DNA of 64,000 nt. Origin: Octopus bimaculoides. Its lineage: Eukaryota. Below the pieces are notes generated by a model. It saw only the letters and a list, made by a program, of their open reading frames with translations. It did no database searches and had not been told where the DNA came from. Position numbers and translations under genes: made by a program. The DNA lies in assembly GCF_001194135.2 (NCBI RefSeq), contig NC_068990.1, positions 7,357,599 to 7,421,598 of the forward strand, in the 5' to 3' direction. Shown here piece after piece: positions 11,519-24,249 of the stretch (positions within the stretch are counted from its first letter, which is position 1; every line of letters begins with the position of its first letter).

Positions 11519-11830
11519 GAATGCCATTCCGTCGGTTACGACGATAAATGTTCTAGTTGATCTGCTCAACGGAACAGCCTGCTCGTGAAGTTAAAGTGCA
11601 AGTAGCTGAGCACTCTACTGGCACATAGTTCTCAGGGAGATTCAGCGTGACACAGAATGTGACAAGGCCGGCCCTTTGAATTACAGGTACAACTCGTTTT
11701 TACCAGCTGATTGGGCTGGAGCAAAATGAAATATAGTGTCTTGCTCAAAGACACAACGCGTCTCCGGTTTTCGAACTCACGACTTTACTACCGTGAGCTG
11801 AATTCCCTAACCACTAAGCCACGCACCTCA
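11519..11830 (-). mobile_element. tRNA-derived SINE family C
   Basis: The - strand head has GGCTTAGTGGTTAGGG (A box) and GAGTTCGAAAACCGG (B box), then GTTGTGTCTTTGAGCAAGACACT. A partial second copy lies at about 47960-48060. Confidence 0.7.
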
Positions 11831-12424
11831 GTACCAAACACTCGGCTCATTTTTTCCCAATTAGTAAGCATCGTCAAGGTCATTCGATCTTCTAGAAACA
11901 ACAACCAAATACCGCTCAAATCACTCTAAATAAAACTAAGAAAACACTGCTTTGGATAATGTAGTCCTACATACCCTTAAAAAAATATAACATGCGGTTC
12001 TAACTGGAATGATTTTTATTTAAAGGTTAGATCGGCCAGGATAGAACTAGGGTTAAACATCAAATCATATTCTAGTAAATATTGAAGAGTAAGATGTCTT
12101 ATGTAAAAAGTAGGCTTATATTACTCCCAGCATGAATTGTAGCTTCAACTCGTCGATTCTATCGCTTTCTGATCATGCTGACTCTACGAGCATCGGCTCC
12201 TATTCTTCATCGCACCCATCATACTTAAATTTATTCTATGCACTTGTTTCTCGACTTTCTGTTTTATTCTACATACTTCATACCAAACATTTTGTTCAAT
12301 CGTTTCCGCTATATTCTTCTTGAAATTCACACTGGTCAATAGGTTCCTTCACAAACCACTAACCTGAAATAATTTAAATTAAAGCCTTAATCGCATTAAC
12401 CTCGCATTAGTATCTATCTCAGAA

Positions 12425-12625
12425 GACGGTGAGCTGGCTGAATCGTTAGCACGCCGGGCGAAATACTTAGCAGTAGTTCTCAGTTCAAATTCCGCCGAGG
12501 TCGACTTTGCCTTTCATCCTTTGGGCGTCGATGAAATAAGTACCAGTTACGCACTGGGGTTGATATAATCGACTAGTCCCTTATCCCCAAATTTTCAAGG
12601 CCTTGTGCCTAGAATAGAAATAATA
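12425..12625 (+). mobile_element. SINE family A copy
   Basis: Same head, B-box and tail motifs as 11267-11478. Confidence 0.85.
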
Positions 12626-14220
12626 TCTATTTCAGACAGTTAACATTTTCTCCATCCAGTCAAGTCAGACAGGCAGTCATAACTTATTAGCAACACATGC
12701 CATGAAATCATCAAGACTAATTAATCACCCACTAAAATTTGTAGCAACAAGCATGAGTAATTTGCTATGTAATAGTAGTGTCAGCCGGTGAGATTAGATA
12801 AGTTAGCGGTATAAAAAGAAAAAAAAGAAAAGAAAAGAAAGAAGCTTACTGCATACAGAGTGACGTATTTTTCTCCCAGAAATATATCTGCCTGAACACA
12901 CAACTGCTATATGAGAAACGAAAGACAAACAAAATTCGGTTTTCTCACCAGCTTTTATGTCGTTCTTCGTATAACTACAATTGACGAATATCTATTATTT
13001 TTATATTATTTTCCCAAAATGAAAGTTTGTCGCCAGTTTTCCTGAATTATCTTACATTAGGATTAATTCAATCCCAACATATTTTTGTCTCCCACTACGT
13101 CTTTTTTTGTTTGTTTGTTTGTGCGCCAACACTCTTACATGAAGCTATGAAACAAGCAGGACCGCGAGACTTTTTAACGAAAATTTACATGTGACAAAAA
13201 TGAATCCTTTTGAATATTTCAAGATCTAAAATATATATATAAAAAAAGCAAAAAAAAACTTGAACTATGTCTTCCAATAGCAACCAATCAGCTTTCCCGG
13301 TTGTCAGAGCCATACAACATATCACTACTGATTGTCAAATGCAACAAACTGCATACTGAGAGTAAATCGTTGGTGATGTACAAAAATGCAAGTGTTGAGT
13401 TGAAACTTATTCCTTAAATGCTAAAACAATCAAAAGATGGGTTCGCTGAAATAGCAGTTGACACCAACAGTCAGTGTTTTTTTAAAGAAGTTTCATGAGA
13501 GGAGCTTTTCGTACAGCTGGATAAGCCCACCGTTGATTATAGGTGTCACTTTATTAATGACATATGTGAGTTATGTTAGATAATGATGTATTTCAAGTGA
13601 AATGCTTTTTATCGAAAAACTAGAGACAAATAAAAATGGATGTCTATCATTGTCGCAATAATTCTTTTTTACGAGAAATTTTATTGAAAATATCGTCGCT
13701 TGTGAATATTGTTGGTTGACATCGGGGTGTCGTACGTTTAGAAACAGAAGTTCTTAATGCCATTACGATTCACTGCCTAATTTAGCGGCCTGAGAATCTG
13801 ACAAATTACTCCTTTATACAGAATTACGATGACTTTCCAAGGGCAACTGTCTGAGTCGCCTCATATTCTTTTTTGATGGTGCATTAAGATTTAAGATTGA
13901 AGACTTAGAATCAATGGCAGATAATATGAGAGGTTAATAAACATGAACGTTTGTGCACGATAGGTTTTTCTTAACACTTTTATTAATGTTAATCTACAAC
14001 TTCAGGGAAAGAATGTGACTCTTATCAGCGTTAAATATATTTGTATTTTAATGATAAATCGTAACTTTATCGTCACCTTGTCCTGCACTAGGATTTTAAC
14101 TATTTCCCTCCGACTGGCTGTAGCTGCAGGTAAATTATTAAACTTGGTTTGTGCGTGCGTGTGTGTGTGCGTGTGTGTGTGTGTGTGAACACTTTATAAG
14201 ATGATTTCATTTACATAAAC

Positions 14221-14370
14221 GGTTCAGGCAGGGGCTGCTTGTCACAGCTTCTGCACCATTTTGATTATATTTTAAAAGCTTTGGGAGAAGGCTCTAACAC
14301 TGACGTCGGCAAGGCATTTGACAGAGTGGACTACAATATCCTGCTGAAGAAACTGTCCAACATTGGGAAA
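14221..14370 (+). mobile_element. CR1/L2-like LINE RT fragment
   Basis: SQLLHHFDYILKALGEGSNTDV-GKAFDRVDYNILLKKLSNIG is the RT KAFDRV motif, with the intervening IYLDF residues missing. Confidence 0.75.
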
Positions 14371-17296
14371 CCATGGAAAGCTTCTGTAGTGGATAAAGTG
14401 TTTCCTGATGATTACCTAGGCGCATTTAGTGTGAGTGTCAGGAAAATTTCACTGGAACCATTTCATTTCATATCTTCCTCGTAAGACAAACGATGGAGCA
14501 TCTGCAATGCAGCTCGGCCTTCTATTAACAATCATCACATTTCCCCTCTCTTTTTGAAAAGCAAGAATTGCGGTAGACTTTGTAACAGCATGGTGAAGAC
14601 TAAAACGTCTTCGACCAAAGGTCTGCTCCACCGAGGTTTCTTATCTAAGCTAGCAGCAGCAGCAGCAACTTGCTCTCTTCAAATCTGTAATTTAAAGCTG
14701 GAGTGAGATTGACTACATCAGATTGACTCATCCCATTGAAAGAAAGACATCGGTAGTGATATAACAGAGACATTTCACATACAAACATACACAAATACTT
14801 ACATACACAAATACATGTATAGCACAGCCATATGCATACACATGCATGCACGAACACACACAAACATGTTTATGCACATATAGTTGTGTACTTTCATTTT
14901 GCAAATTACAAATATACGCATATCCAGTAGTTAATATGCGCACACGTTCAAACCCAAACTTACAGCACACACACACACTTACACACACACGCACATACAC
15001 ACATACACACGCACGCACATACACACACACACAGAGCGACAGAGAGGCACATACTGTTATGTACATTTATCATACACATACGATACATTCTCATACACAT
15101 ATGATAGCTATCATATGTGTGGATGTATGTGTGTGTATGTAGTGTTTGGTGTGTGTGTGTGTGTGTGTGAAATCATCCATCGTTATGTGGTGGTCCTTGT
15201 ATGTATGCGGGTCTATTCTGAAGCAATGAATAGAGTTGATAGGAAGAGGTGTGGCTGCTGTTAATAATGAACGTCACCGAAGGAAGTGGACGGAGCTGGC
15301 AGAATATTGGGGGAGGGGGGAGAAATTAATCATTCTTGCGACATTTCGCCTTCAAACGAAATCCGACTGTCTGTTGATAGGTATGGACTGCGTGCTTGTG
15401 TGTGTGTGTGTGTGTGTGTGCGTGTGTGTGTGTGTGTGCGTGTGTGTGTGGAATATACGTTTATTTTGTGTATTTGTATGTGAGCGATTAGATATTTGTT
15501 GTCTGTGTGTGCCATATGTGATCTGTATGTACATTATATGTATTTGTGTGTGTGTGTGTGTGTGAGTATGTGTATGTGTGTGTGTGTGTATGTGTGTGAG
15601 TATGTGTATGTGTGTGTGTGTGTATGTGTGTGTGTGTGGTACCATTATCTCAAGAAATTAATTTCTTTCACGACTGTTATTACAACTTCATTCGTTCATT
15701 CATTCATACAGAAAGAGAAAGAGAGAGAGATAGAGAGAGNNNNNNNNNNNNNNNNNNNNNNNNNNNNNNNNNNNNNNNNNNNNNNNNNNNNNNNNNNNNN
15801 NNNNNNNNNNNNNNNNNNNNNNNNNNNNNNNNNNNNNNNNNNNNNNNNNNNNNNNNNNNNNNNNNNNNNNNNNNNNNNNNNNNNNNNNNNNNNNNNNNNN
15901 NNNNNNNNNNNNNNNNNNNNNNNNNNNNNNNNNNNNNNNNNNNNNNNNNNNNNNNNNNNNNNNNNNNNNNNNNNNNNNNNNNNNNNNNNNNNNNNNNNNN
16001 NNNNNNNNNNNNNNNNNNNNNNNNNNNNNNNNNNNNNNNNNNNNNNNNNNNNNNNNNNNNNNNNNNNNNNNNNNNNNNNNNNNNNNNNCCCCCCCCCCAC
16101 TTTTTATCTTATTTTCTTTTCCAATCTTTTTCCCAACCATTCTCACCGTCCGTCCTTCCTTCTTAGTATTCTAATTTCATTTCTTTTATCTCTTCCTCAG
16201 GGATTTTTCATTCTTTTTTTTTCATATTCTCTCCTTTTTGGTGTCCCTTCTTTTATCTTTCATTAATTCTTTCATATGTTTCTTCACTTTCTTTTGCTGT
16301 GCACCCTGAAACACCCAATCTTCAGCCCTTTGTAAATGACATATTTATTACACTATAAAATTGATTTCTCCAGATCTTTGGATGCATTTCTGAAAGAAAA
16401 GAATGAAAGTTAAGAAGAAAAATAATCCTATAAAGTGAAAAATAAACAGAACAAAAACTCCCGACAAAAGCCAACAATTAGGCAGAAGGGTCATCACAGG
16501 TGTCATTAGCACCACCCCCAAAATTCAAAATATAAACATGGTATCCCAGTCACCAAGAAAGAATGGAGAGAAGTAAACGGGCAGAGAAGAAAAAAGTTGT
16601 TATTGAAGGCCTCAACATCACTCTTTTCACTGATTTACCTCTCATCCAATGATCGACAAAATCACCACCGCCCCCGCCGCCGCCGCCACCGGTAACATGG
16701 AATCTGAGGAAATAATGGTGGCAGCAAAAACAGCAACAGCAAGACCACCAGAAAGTCGACTACTGAATACCACAACTTCAAGACACACAGACACTGCTAC
16801 TGATTTCACTGCAACAATCGGAAATATCAAATCAAGTGGCAACAATATTTGAAGCAATAAGGGAGACTAGATTGTGTTCTGGGAGTGAAGTAAAGATTCA
16901 TTCCACTGCACTGGCTAAGAGATTGGTAGTTCATTCCCATTCCGTCAAACATGGACCAGTAAATGGAAAAATCAGTGATAGGTGGGTTCAGTTGGGTAGC
17001 CAGGTTCTGAAGTCAGGAGGAACGAGTAATATGAAAAAAGGCGCTGTGACACACACCAAACAATTTTTAAATCATTGATAAGCATTTCAATTTTGAACTT
17101 GAAATCGGAACTCGAGAAACTACAGTTTTAAAGGAAGCACAAAATTCTTATTTTGTATTTAAAATTAAAACACAATAAAAAGTTTTACAGTAAGGTCATA
17201 AATCTCAAAACATGTGTGTTATTTAATTATTTTAAACATGAGAGGTTGGTCAAATAGAGTAATGATTCCAGAAAGCTCTTTCAAGTTCATGCGATT

Positions 17297-17334
<38 letters not shown>

Positions 17335-17844
17335 TCGACTTTTATCACACAAATGAATTAGAGTTAAAAAACAAAAATGTTGAAAGGCGCCAATTTTGAA
17401 AACTGTACTCAGTGGGAGCAGTCTCTCTCCTTGTTCTATTAGCTACATCACTTGTTGATTATACTAATAGCAAGGACATTTTGTGACGGCCGTTTTGATC
17501 GGTAAGGTGGATGAAGCAACTATTCTGTAAGTCACTAAAAATTGTCGTTGTGTGAAATAAAGAACCGGTCATCATCATCATCATCATCATCATCATCGTC
17601 GTTGTCCTTGTTAGGGATGAAGAACTGGCAGAATCATTAGAGTCGGACAAAATGCTTAGCGACATGTCGTTTTGTTTTGGCATTCTAGGTTGAAGTCCTG
17701 CCGAGATCAGCTTTGTCATTCATCCTTTTTGAAGTCAGTAAAATAAAGTACCAGTCAAGTAATCGACTTGTCCACCCCATCAAAATTGCTGATTTTTTGC
17801 CAAAATAGAAAGAATTACTATTATCATCACCATCATCAGCATAA

Positions 17845-17882
<38 letters not shown>

Positions 17883-17890
17883 AATATTAT

Positions 17891-18440
17891 TGAGTGAGAG
17901 AGCAGTGCATGTCATCAAAGTGACACTGGGGTAAAATATACGAAGCCCAGTACACCCATCACGACTACCCGTCTGATAAGGGTACACCAGGCACAGGCAT
18001 CCCAACCATATGTGCACGGCATGGTGATCTCATATCAAGATAAACAGTGCATGACCTCGCAGGTGGGGCCCTGTTAGAATTTTCTTCAGGTCGAGTAGCT
18101 CATCCCGCTCAAAAGGTCCCTGAATAAGCTTTGTTTAAGGATGTTGAGCAAAACACCTATGTTTCCAAAGGCGAATTATTCAAACCCCAAAGAATTCCTC
18201 TCAACACATGGCTATGATGCTCCCACACTACTTCTACTCATGATTAGAGATGCACATATCGCCAGCCACCAAGGGATATGCTCAACTGGTTAAGGTGAAA
18301 CAGCTGACAAGCAAATCTGTGGTATTGAGAAGAATATTTGCCGTCGTCCATTTTTAATACCAAGACAAAACTATGTAAATGTAACACTTCCAATCAATTA
18401 AGATCAGAAACCATGAGAGCCACTGCCTAGTACTGCATCC
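17891..18440 (-). mobile_element. Unclassified approximately 550-bp interspersed repeat bounded by (ATT)n tracts
   Basis: A second copy in opposite orientation lies at 22686-22975 (aaagaattcctctc, gtcgagtagctcatcccgctc, ctgataagggtacaccaggcac shared). No ORF. Confidence 0.7.
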
Positions 18441-18507
18441 ACGAATTTATTATTATTATTCTTCTTCTTATTATTCTTCTTCTTCTTCTTCTTATTATTA
18501 TTATTAA

Positions 18508-18717
18508 GGCGGCGAACTGGCAGAATCGTTAGCACGCTGGACGAAATGCTGAGCGGTATTTCGCCCATCATTAGGTTCTGAGTTGAAATGCCGCCGAGGT
18601 CGACCTTGCCTTTCGTCCTTTCGAGATCGATGAAATAAGTACCAGTTTCGCGCTTTCGTCGATGTAATCGACTATCCCCTCCCCCAAATTTCAGACCTTG
18701 TGACTATAGTAGAAAAG

Positions 18718-18720
<3 letters not shown>
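18508..18720 (+). mobile_element. SINE family A copy
   Basis: GGCGGCGAACTGGCAGAATCG head and (ATT)n tail. Confidence 0.88.
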
Positions 18721-18750
<30 letters not shown>

Positions 18751-19748
18751 GTCGTCATCCTTCACTTTCTCTACCTCCAAATCATTATTAATATTTTAAT
18801 GTAAGAAATATTTGTTGTTGTTTATGGTGAAAGTTCTATTTCTTTGCTGTCTCTTATACTATGCAACATTGGATGGATGAACGTTGGAGAAATAAATAAC
18901 CGAAATAATTATATCAAAGTCCGAAAACTTAAAGGCTGTAGCAAGAGCTGACTTCGGCAGCTGTTTGTCTTCAGGGATATCTGAATATACGTGTGTGTGT
19001 GCGTGCGCGCGTTTTGTAAAGGACTGTTTTTATATTTAAATGAAGGTTTGAGTGTGTAAAACTAGATATTGTTGAGATGTTTATGTAATACGTTGCAGCA
19101 ATGTGAAGGAGTACATTTTGTATATTTTCGCAAATGTTAGATTGCTCGCGTATGTATGTGTGTGTTTACCTCTATGTGCATCTGTGTGAATGTAAGTGTG
19201 TGTGTGTGTGTGTGTGTTTGTGTGTGTGTTGTGGAATGATAAGGTATTGGGAAATCGAGCCAGTAATTCAAGTTCGACTCCTAGTTGAACCATTTAGTTT
19301 CACTTTGTGTTCTTTTGATTTTTCAGTCATATTCTACCAAACTGATAAATCACTCTTCACTCAGATGAAAACAAAGTCGTCAATGGTATATAATATAGAA
19401 TATTTTAATGATATTTTCATATGAGACATTTTGATATCACCCATTAGATATTATTTTTCATAAAAAGCGCTTCATTGTGTGGAGGTGTTGTGCTATGCTT
19501 TTAAGGTTTAGCATTAAGTACGTATGTGTTATATCCACAAATCTTTATGTGAGTTGTTATTTAAATATATTATTCTGTAATTGATGAAGACCAATTTCAT
19601 TGGCTGCAGTTTACCAACAGACCAATCATTGGTTCACCGCATTTACGTAAGCGACAGGTAGAACATATATCACTGCGGATTTTCATTGGAAAGCAATAGT
19701 ATACACACATGCTGACAGGGAAGGTAACCGCCCAATGACTGCTCCAAA

Positions 19749-19805
19749 AATCCTCAGACTAGATGTTTAGTTTCGCCTAATGTGTAGGCATCGTCAGTGA
19801 AAACC
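19749..19805 (-). ncRNA. Type I hammerhead ribozyme, complete core with GUC cleavage triplet
   Basis: The - strand reads GGTTTTCA-CTGACGA-T-GCCTA-CACAT-TAGGC-GAAA-CTA-AACATC-TAG-T-C-TGAGGATT. All three helices can form. Predicted scission between 19757 and 19756. Confidence 0.82.
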
Positions 19806-20326
19806 GCTCGACCGGCATATCTCGGGTAATTCCGTCTGCCAGCATATTTGAATTTACCGTAAAAATCTATGGATGATTTACCAGAATGCTTATGCGTATA
19901 CAAAAAATTAATATGACTAGCAAGGCGGAATGTGATATCATAACGAAAAAAATTCAACCGTCACTAAGTGTGACTAAAGGTGCTCAATATATATCGATTA
20001 CTCGAAATGGTGAGTAGATAGACTATCAAGAACTGATGAAGGGTCATTCTTTGTATCACTTGTCCCTTTTTTCCTGTCGTTATTTGCGTATTTAACTCAT
20101 TTGTTTTCGTATTTCATGTTGTTTACTGTTGGTGACGCCCTGTTCCCATATATGCATATGGGCTCTTGTTTAATGAGTGAAACAAGTAAAACACACGCGC
20201 GCACACACACACACATACACGCACACGCACACGCACACTCACACACATATTTCGCTTTTGTATTTGGTTTGCAAGATTCTTTATGTGAATTCGTGTGTTG
20301 CAGCATATTTTATTGTCTGGCGAGAG

Positions 20327-20906
20327 TCATTCTCTTTTAGTGCCTTGTTAATTTAACACACTCACTGGTCTGATTTCCACTCATTTACTTATTTATTTTT
20401 AATAACATTTTCGTTGTGTCTTGCAACCTTTTCAATAGTCGTTGACGTTGTCCATTATCGGAACCATGTTCTTTTATTTGTCTGTTTGTTTGTGCACATG
20501 CGTGTGCGTCAGAGTGCGTTCGCACACGCATATGTATGTATGTATGTATGTATGCATGCATGTGTGTGTATCTGCATATATATGTGTGTGTGTGCAGATA
20601 CACACACATACATGCACACACGCATACATGCACACACACATACATGCACACACACATAAATGCACACACACATACATACATACATACATACATACATACA
20701 CATGTGCATGCGCACGCACACTGACACACCCGGATGTGCACAAACAAACAAGCAAATAAAAGAACACAGTTCTCATAATGGACAGAGTCAACGCCTATTG
20801 AAAAGGTTGCAAGACGCAACGAAAATGTTAGTAAAAATAAATAAGTAAATGAGTGGAAATCAGACCAGTGAGTGTGTTAAATTAATAAGGCACTAAAAGA
20901 GAATGA
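20327..20906. repeat. Long inverted repeat, arms about 225 bp, roughly 90 percent identical, microsatellite spacer
   Basis: Left arm starts tcattctcttttagtgccttgttaatttaacacactcactggtctg. Right arm ends cagaccagtgagtgtgttaaattaataaggcactaaaagagaatga. Confidence 0.9.
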
Positions 20907-22227
20907 TCCCCCCCCCCCCCACANNNNNNNNNNNNNCCCCACACATACAATGCTGTATAACAGCATTTCGACCTCTTTGAACAACAACTATTTACAAAAC
21001 GATATAAATCCTGTAAAATAATTTTTAATTTAGCCCTTATAACAAACTATGTCGAGGAACCGAAGGTTACCTAAGAACGTATACAAAGCTAGGTAAGTAG
21101 ATGAATTTATCAGGGTAGTAACAGCGGACAGAGACATTAACGTGGAAACGAAAATCTGTTTAACACAACCGAGGGACTTCCCTCTTCAGCTGCCCTTCCG
21201 ATATCAACGTGATTTTGATACCTACAGGCAGTACCGTTATTTCTGATTGTGTCAAAGGCCTTGGGAGTGTACATCCAAAATGTTTGTTCCCGGACGACAA
21301 ATTACAAACGTGTAAATCGTAAGCACCACCATATAATACGAAATTATTACACAACTGGATTTCGTTTAATGAAAAACGTTTTCACCAATGACGAAATTGC
21401 TACCCAGAGGTATCTTATCCCAATCAACATGAATAGTGCTTTATTGCTAATGCACACATAAAAGTTAAAGAAGTTCCGAAAATGCTAAATGTTCTCGCTG
21501 CTTATCATCCATTTATGAATAAGTCAAATAAAATTCTCCCACCAACATATATCTTGTTTGCTCTCTGTAACTACGACTCTCAGCAGTAAGTATCTAAATT
21601 GGTTTGAGTATTGTGCTTCCCTTCTAATTTAAGTGGTGATAGTCAATAAGCAGGACATTTCCGTCAGAAAATACGAAAAGTGAATCATATAAATGATACA
21701 CCCCGTCATATTACACAATCAGTTCAGCAGTTTGACTATTACATCTTCTTATCTCATAATCTACTCGACGTATTCTACGCGTAAAGTAGCAAGCTAAAAT
21801 GTCAAACAACTCAAGGCTAACAGAATTATTCAGTGTTTTCAAATAAATCCAGTATCTTTTCCCTTTCACTCCGCCCTCGTTCACTTACTCTATACGTTCA
21901 AGTGGGGAGTTGAGGAATTACGTTGTACACGTTCAATGAGGTCAAACTACTCTGTGTCATATATTGACTACTAAATGATAGACAAACATTGTAGAATGTT
22001 ATGACAAGATTTACTTTTGTCACCCCCGTACGCAAACAATGTCAACGAATATTTCATTCTCTACTCCTATGTTCTGAGCTCAAATGACATCCCTGGTCGC
22101 TGCATTTCACTCGATACAATTATTAATGGTCAGTCGTTTACTAAATCGCTTCAACTGATTAAACCACGAATCCTCCTCATTTCTTCCTCTCGATCCCTTC
22201 TTTCTCTTCCCCCTTCCTCCTTTTTTC

Positions 22228-22328
22228 TCTTCTTCTTCTTCTTCTTCTTCTTCTTCTTCTTCTTCTTCTTCTTCTTCTTCTTCTTCTTCTTCTTCTTCTT
22301 CTTCTTCTTCTTCTTCTTCTTCTTCTTC
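22228..22328. repeat. (TTC)n microsatellite running into an assembly gap
   Basis: Pure TTC run of more than 30 units. Confidence 0.95.
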
Positions 22329-22685
22329 NNNNNNNNNNNNNNNNNNNNNNNNNNNNNNNNNNNNNNNNNNNNNNNNNNNNNNNNNNNNNNNNNNNNNNNN
22401 NNNNNNNNNNNNNNNNNNNNNNNNNNNNNNNNNNNNNNNNNNNNNNNNNNNNNNNNNNNNNNNNNNNNNNNNNNNNNNNNNNNNNNNNNNNNNNNNNNNN
22501 NNNNNNNNNNNNNNNNNNNNNNNNNNNNNNNNNNNNNNNNNNNNNNNNNNNNNNNNNNNNNNNNNNNNNNNNNNNNNNNNNNNNNNNNNNNNNNNNNNNN
22601 NNNNNNNNNNNNNNNNNNNNNNNNNNNNNNNNNNNNNNNNNNNNNNNNNNNNNNNNNNNNNNNNNNNNNNNNNNNNNNNNNNNNN

Positions 22686-22975
22686 CATAGCCATGTTTTG
22701 AGAGGAATTCTTTGGGGTTTGGATAACTCACCTCTGGAAACATGGGTGTTTCGTTCAACATCTTTAAACAACTCTTATTCATGGAACATTTGAGCGGGAT
22801 GAGCTACTCGACCTGAAGAAAATTCTAACTGGGTCCCACCTGCAAGGTCATGCGCTGTTAATCTTGATATGAGATCACTATGTTGCGTACATATGGTTGT
22901 GATGCATGTGCCTGGTGTACCCTTATCAGACGAATAGTCATGATGGGCATACTGGGCTTCGGTTATTTGTACCCC
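22686..22975 (+). mobile_element. Second, partial copy of the 17891-18440 repeat
   Basis: Reverse-complement similarity to 17940-18215. Left end abuts a gap. Confidence 0.75.
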
Positions 22976-23189
22976 GGCAACAAGAAAAGAAATTCTTTGC
23001 CAATATGCTGAAAAATAGACACTAAATCGTCTAACCACATAAAATACGATTTAGCATCTATTTTTCAACATCTTGACAAGGAAAATTTTTCCTTTTTGCC
23101 CATATTTATAATTGTATATTTTTCACCTTAAAAAGTATTTTTCTTATGCTGGCCACTGATAAAATCTTTTAATAAAATTTTATCCTTAC

Positions 23190-23250
23190 ATGACGAAGAG
23201 CTATGCTTGAAACGTCAAAAACACTCTTTTTTACCAAGCGTCAAACTAAT
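23190..23250 (+). ncRNA. Degenerate hammerhead-like motif of the same family as 103-139
   Basis: ATGACGA-A-GAGC-TAT-GCTT-GAAA-CGTC, then agcgtcaaactaat, which matches agcgtcatactaat after the first copy. C3 is mutated and stem I is lost. Confidence 0.4.
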
Positions 23251-24155
23251 GCATTCCATGTGTTACGTCCTCTTGTTTTGTTAGCTATTTTTAATGTTCG
23301 ATTATATATATATATATATATATAACCTTTTTCATTCAAAAATACAAACCCAAACTTAACCATTGCTAACACATTTAAATAANNNNNNNNNNNNNNNNNN
23401 NNNNNNNNNNNNNNNNNNNNNNNNNNNNNNNNNNNNNNNNNNNNNNNNNNNNNNNNNNNNNNNNNNNNNNNNNNNNNNNNNNNNNNNNNNNNNNNNNNNN
23501 NNNNNNNNNNNNNNNNNNNNNNNNNNNNNNNNNNNNNNNNNNNNNNNNNNNNNNNNNNNNNNNNNNNNNNNNNNNNNNNNNNNNNNNNNNNNNNNNNNNN
23601 NNNNNNNNNNNNNNNNNNNNNNNNNNNNNNNNNNNNNNNNNNNNNNNNNNNNNNNNNNNNNNNNNNNNNNNNNNNNNNNNNNNNNNNNNNNNNNNNNNNN
23701 NNNNNNNNNNNNNNNNNNNNNNNNNNNNNNNNNNNNNNNNNNNNNNNNNNNNNNNNNNNNNNNNNNNNNNNNNNNNNNNNNNNNNNNNNNNNNNNNNNNN
23801 NNNNNNNNNNNNNNNNNNNNNNNNNNNNNNNNNNNNNNNNNNNNNNNNNNNNNNNNNNNNNNNNNNNNNNNNNNNNNNNNNNNNNNNNNNNNNNNNNNNN
23901 NNNNNNNNNNNNNNNNNNNNNNNNNNNNNNNNNNNNNNNNNNNNNNNNNNNNNNNNNNNNNNNNNNNNNNNNNNNNNNNNNNNNNNNNNNNNNNNNNNNN
24001 NNNNNNNNNNNNNNNNNNNNNNNNNNNNNNNNNNNNNNNNNNNNNNNNNNNNNNNNNNNNNNNNNNNNNNNNNNNNNNNNNNNNNNNNNNNNNNNNNNNN
24101 NNNNNNNNNNNNNNNNNNNNNNNNNNNNNNNNNNNNNNNNNNNNNNNNNNNNNNN

Positions 24156-24198
<43 letters not shown>

Positions 24199-24249
24199 TA
24201 TACACATATACATACATCACATACACATACACTCACACACACACATGTA

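Noticed and set aside
16640-17078. GC-rich patch with ORFs 16649-16852 and 16836-17078
   Set aside because: No recognisable domain, stops in all extended frames and no convincing splice pair.
21165-21195. - strand CTGAAGA followed by a GGG/CCC hairpin
   Set aside because: The obligatory GAAA is absent.
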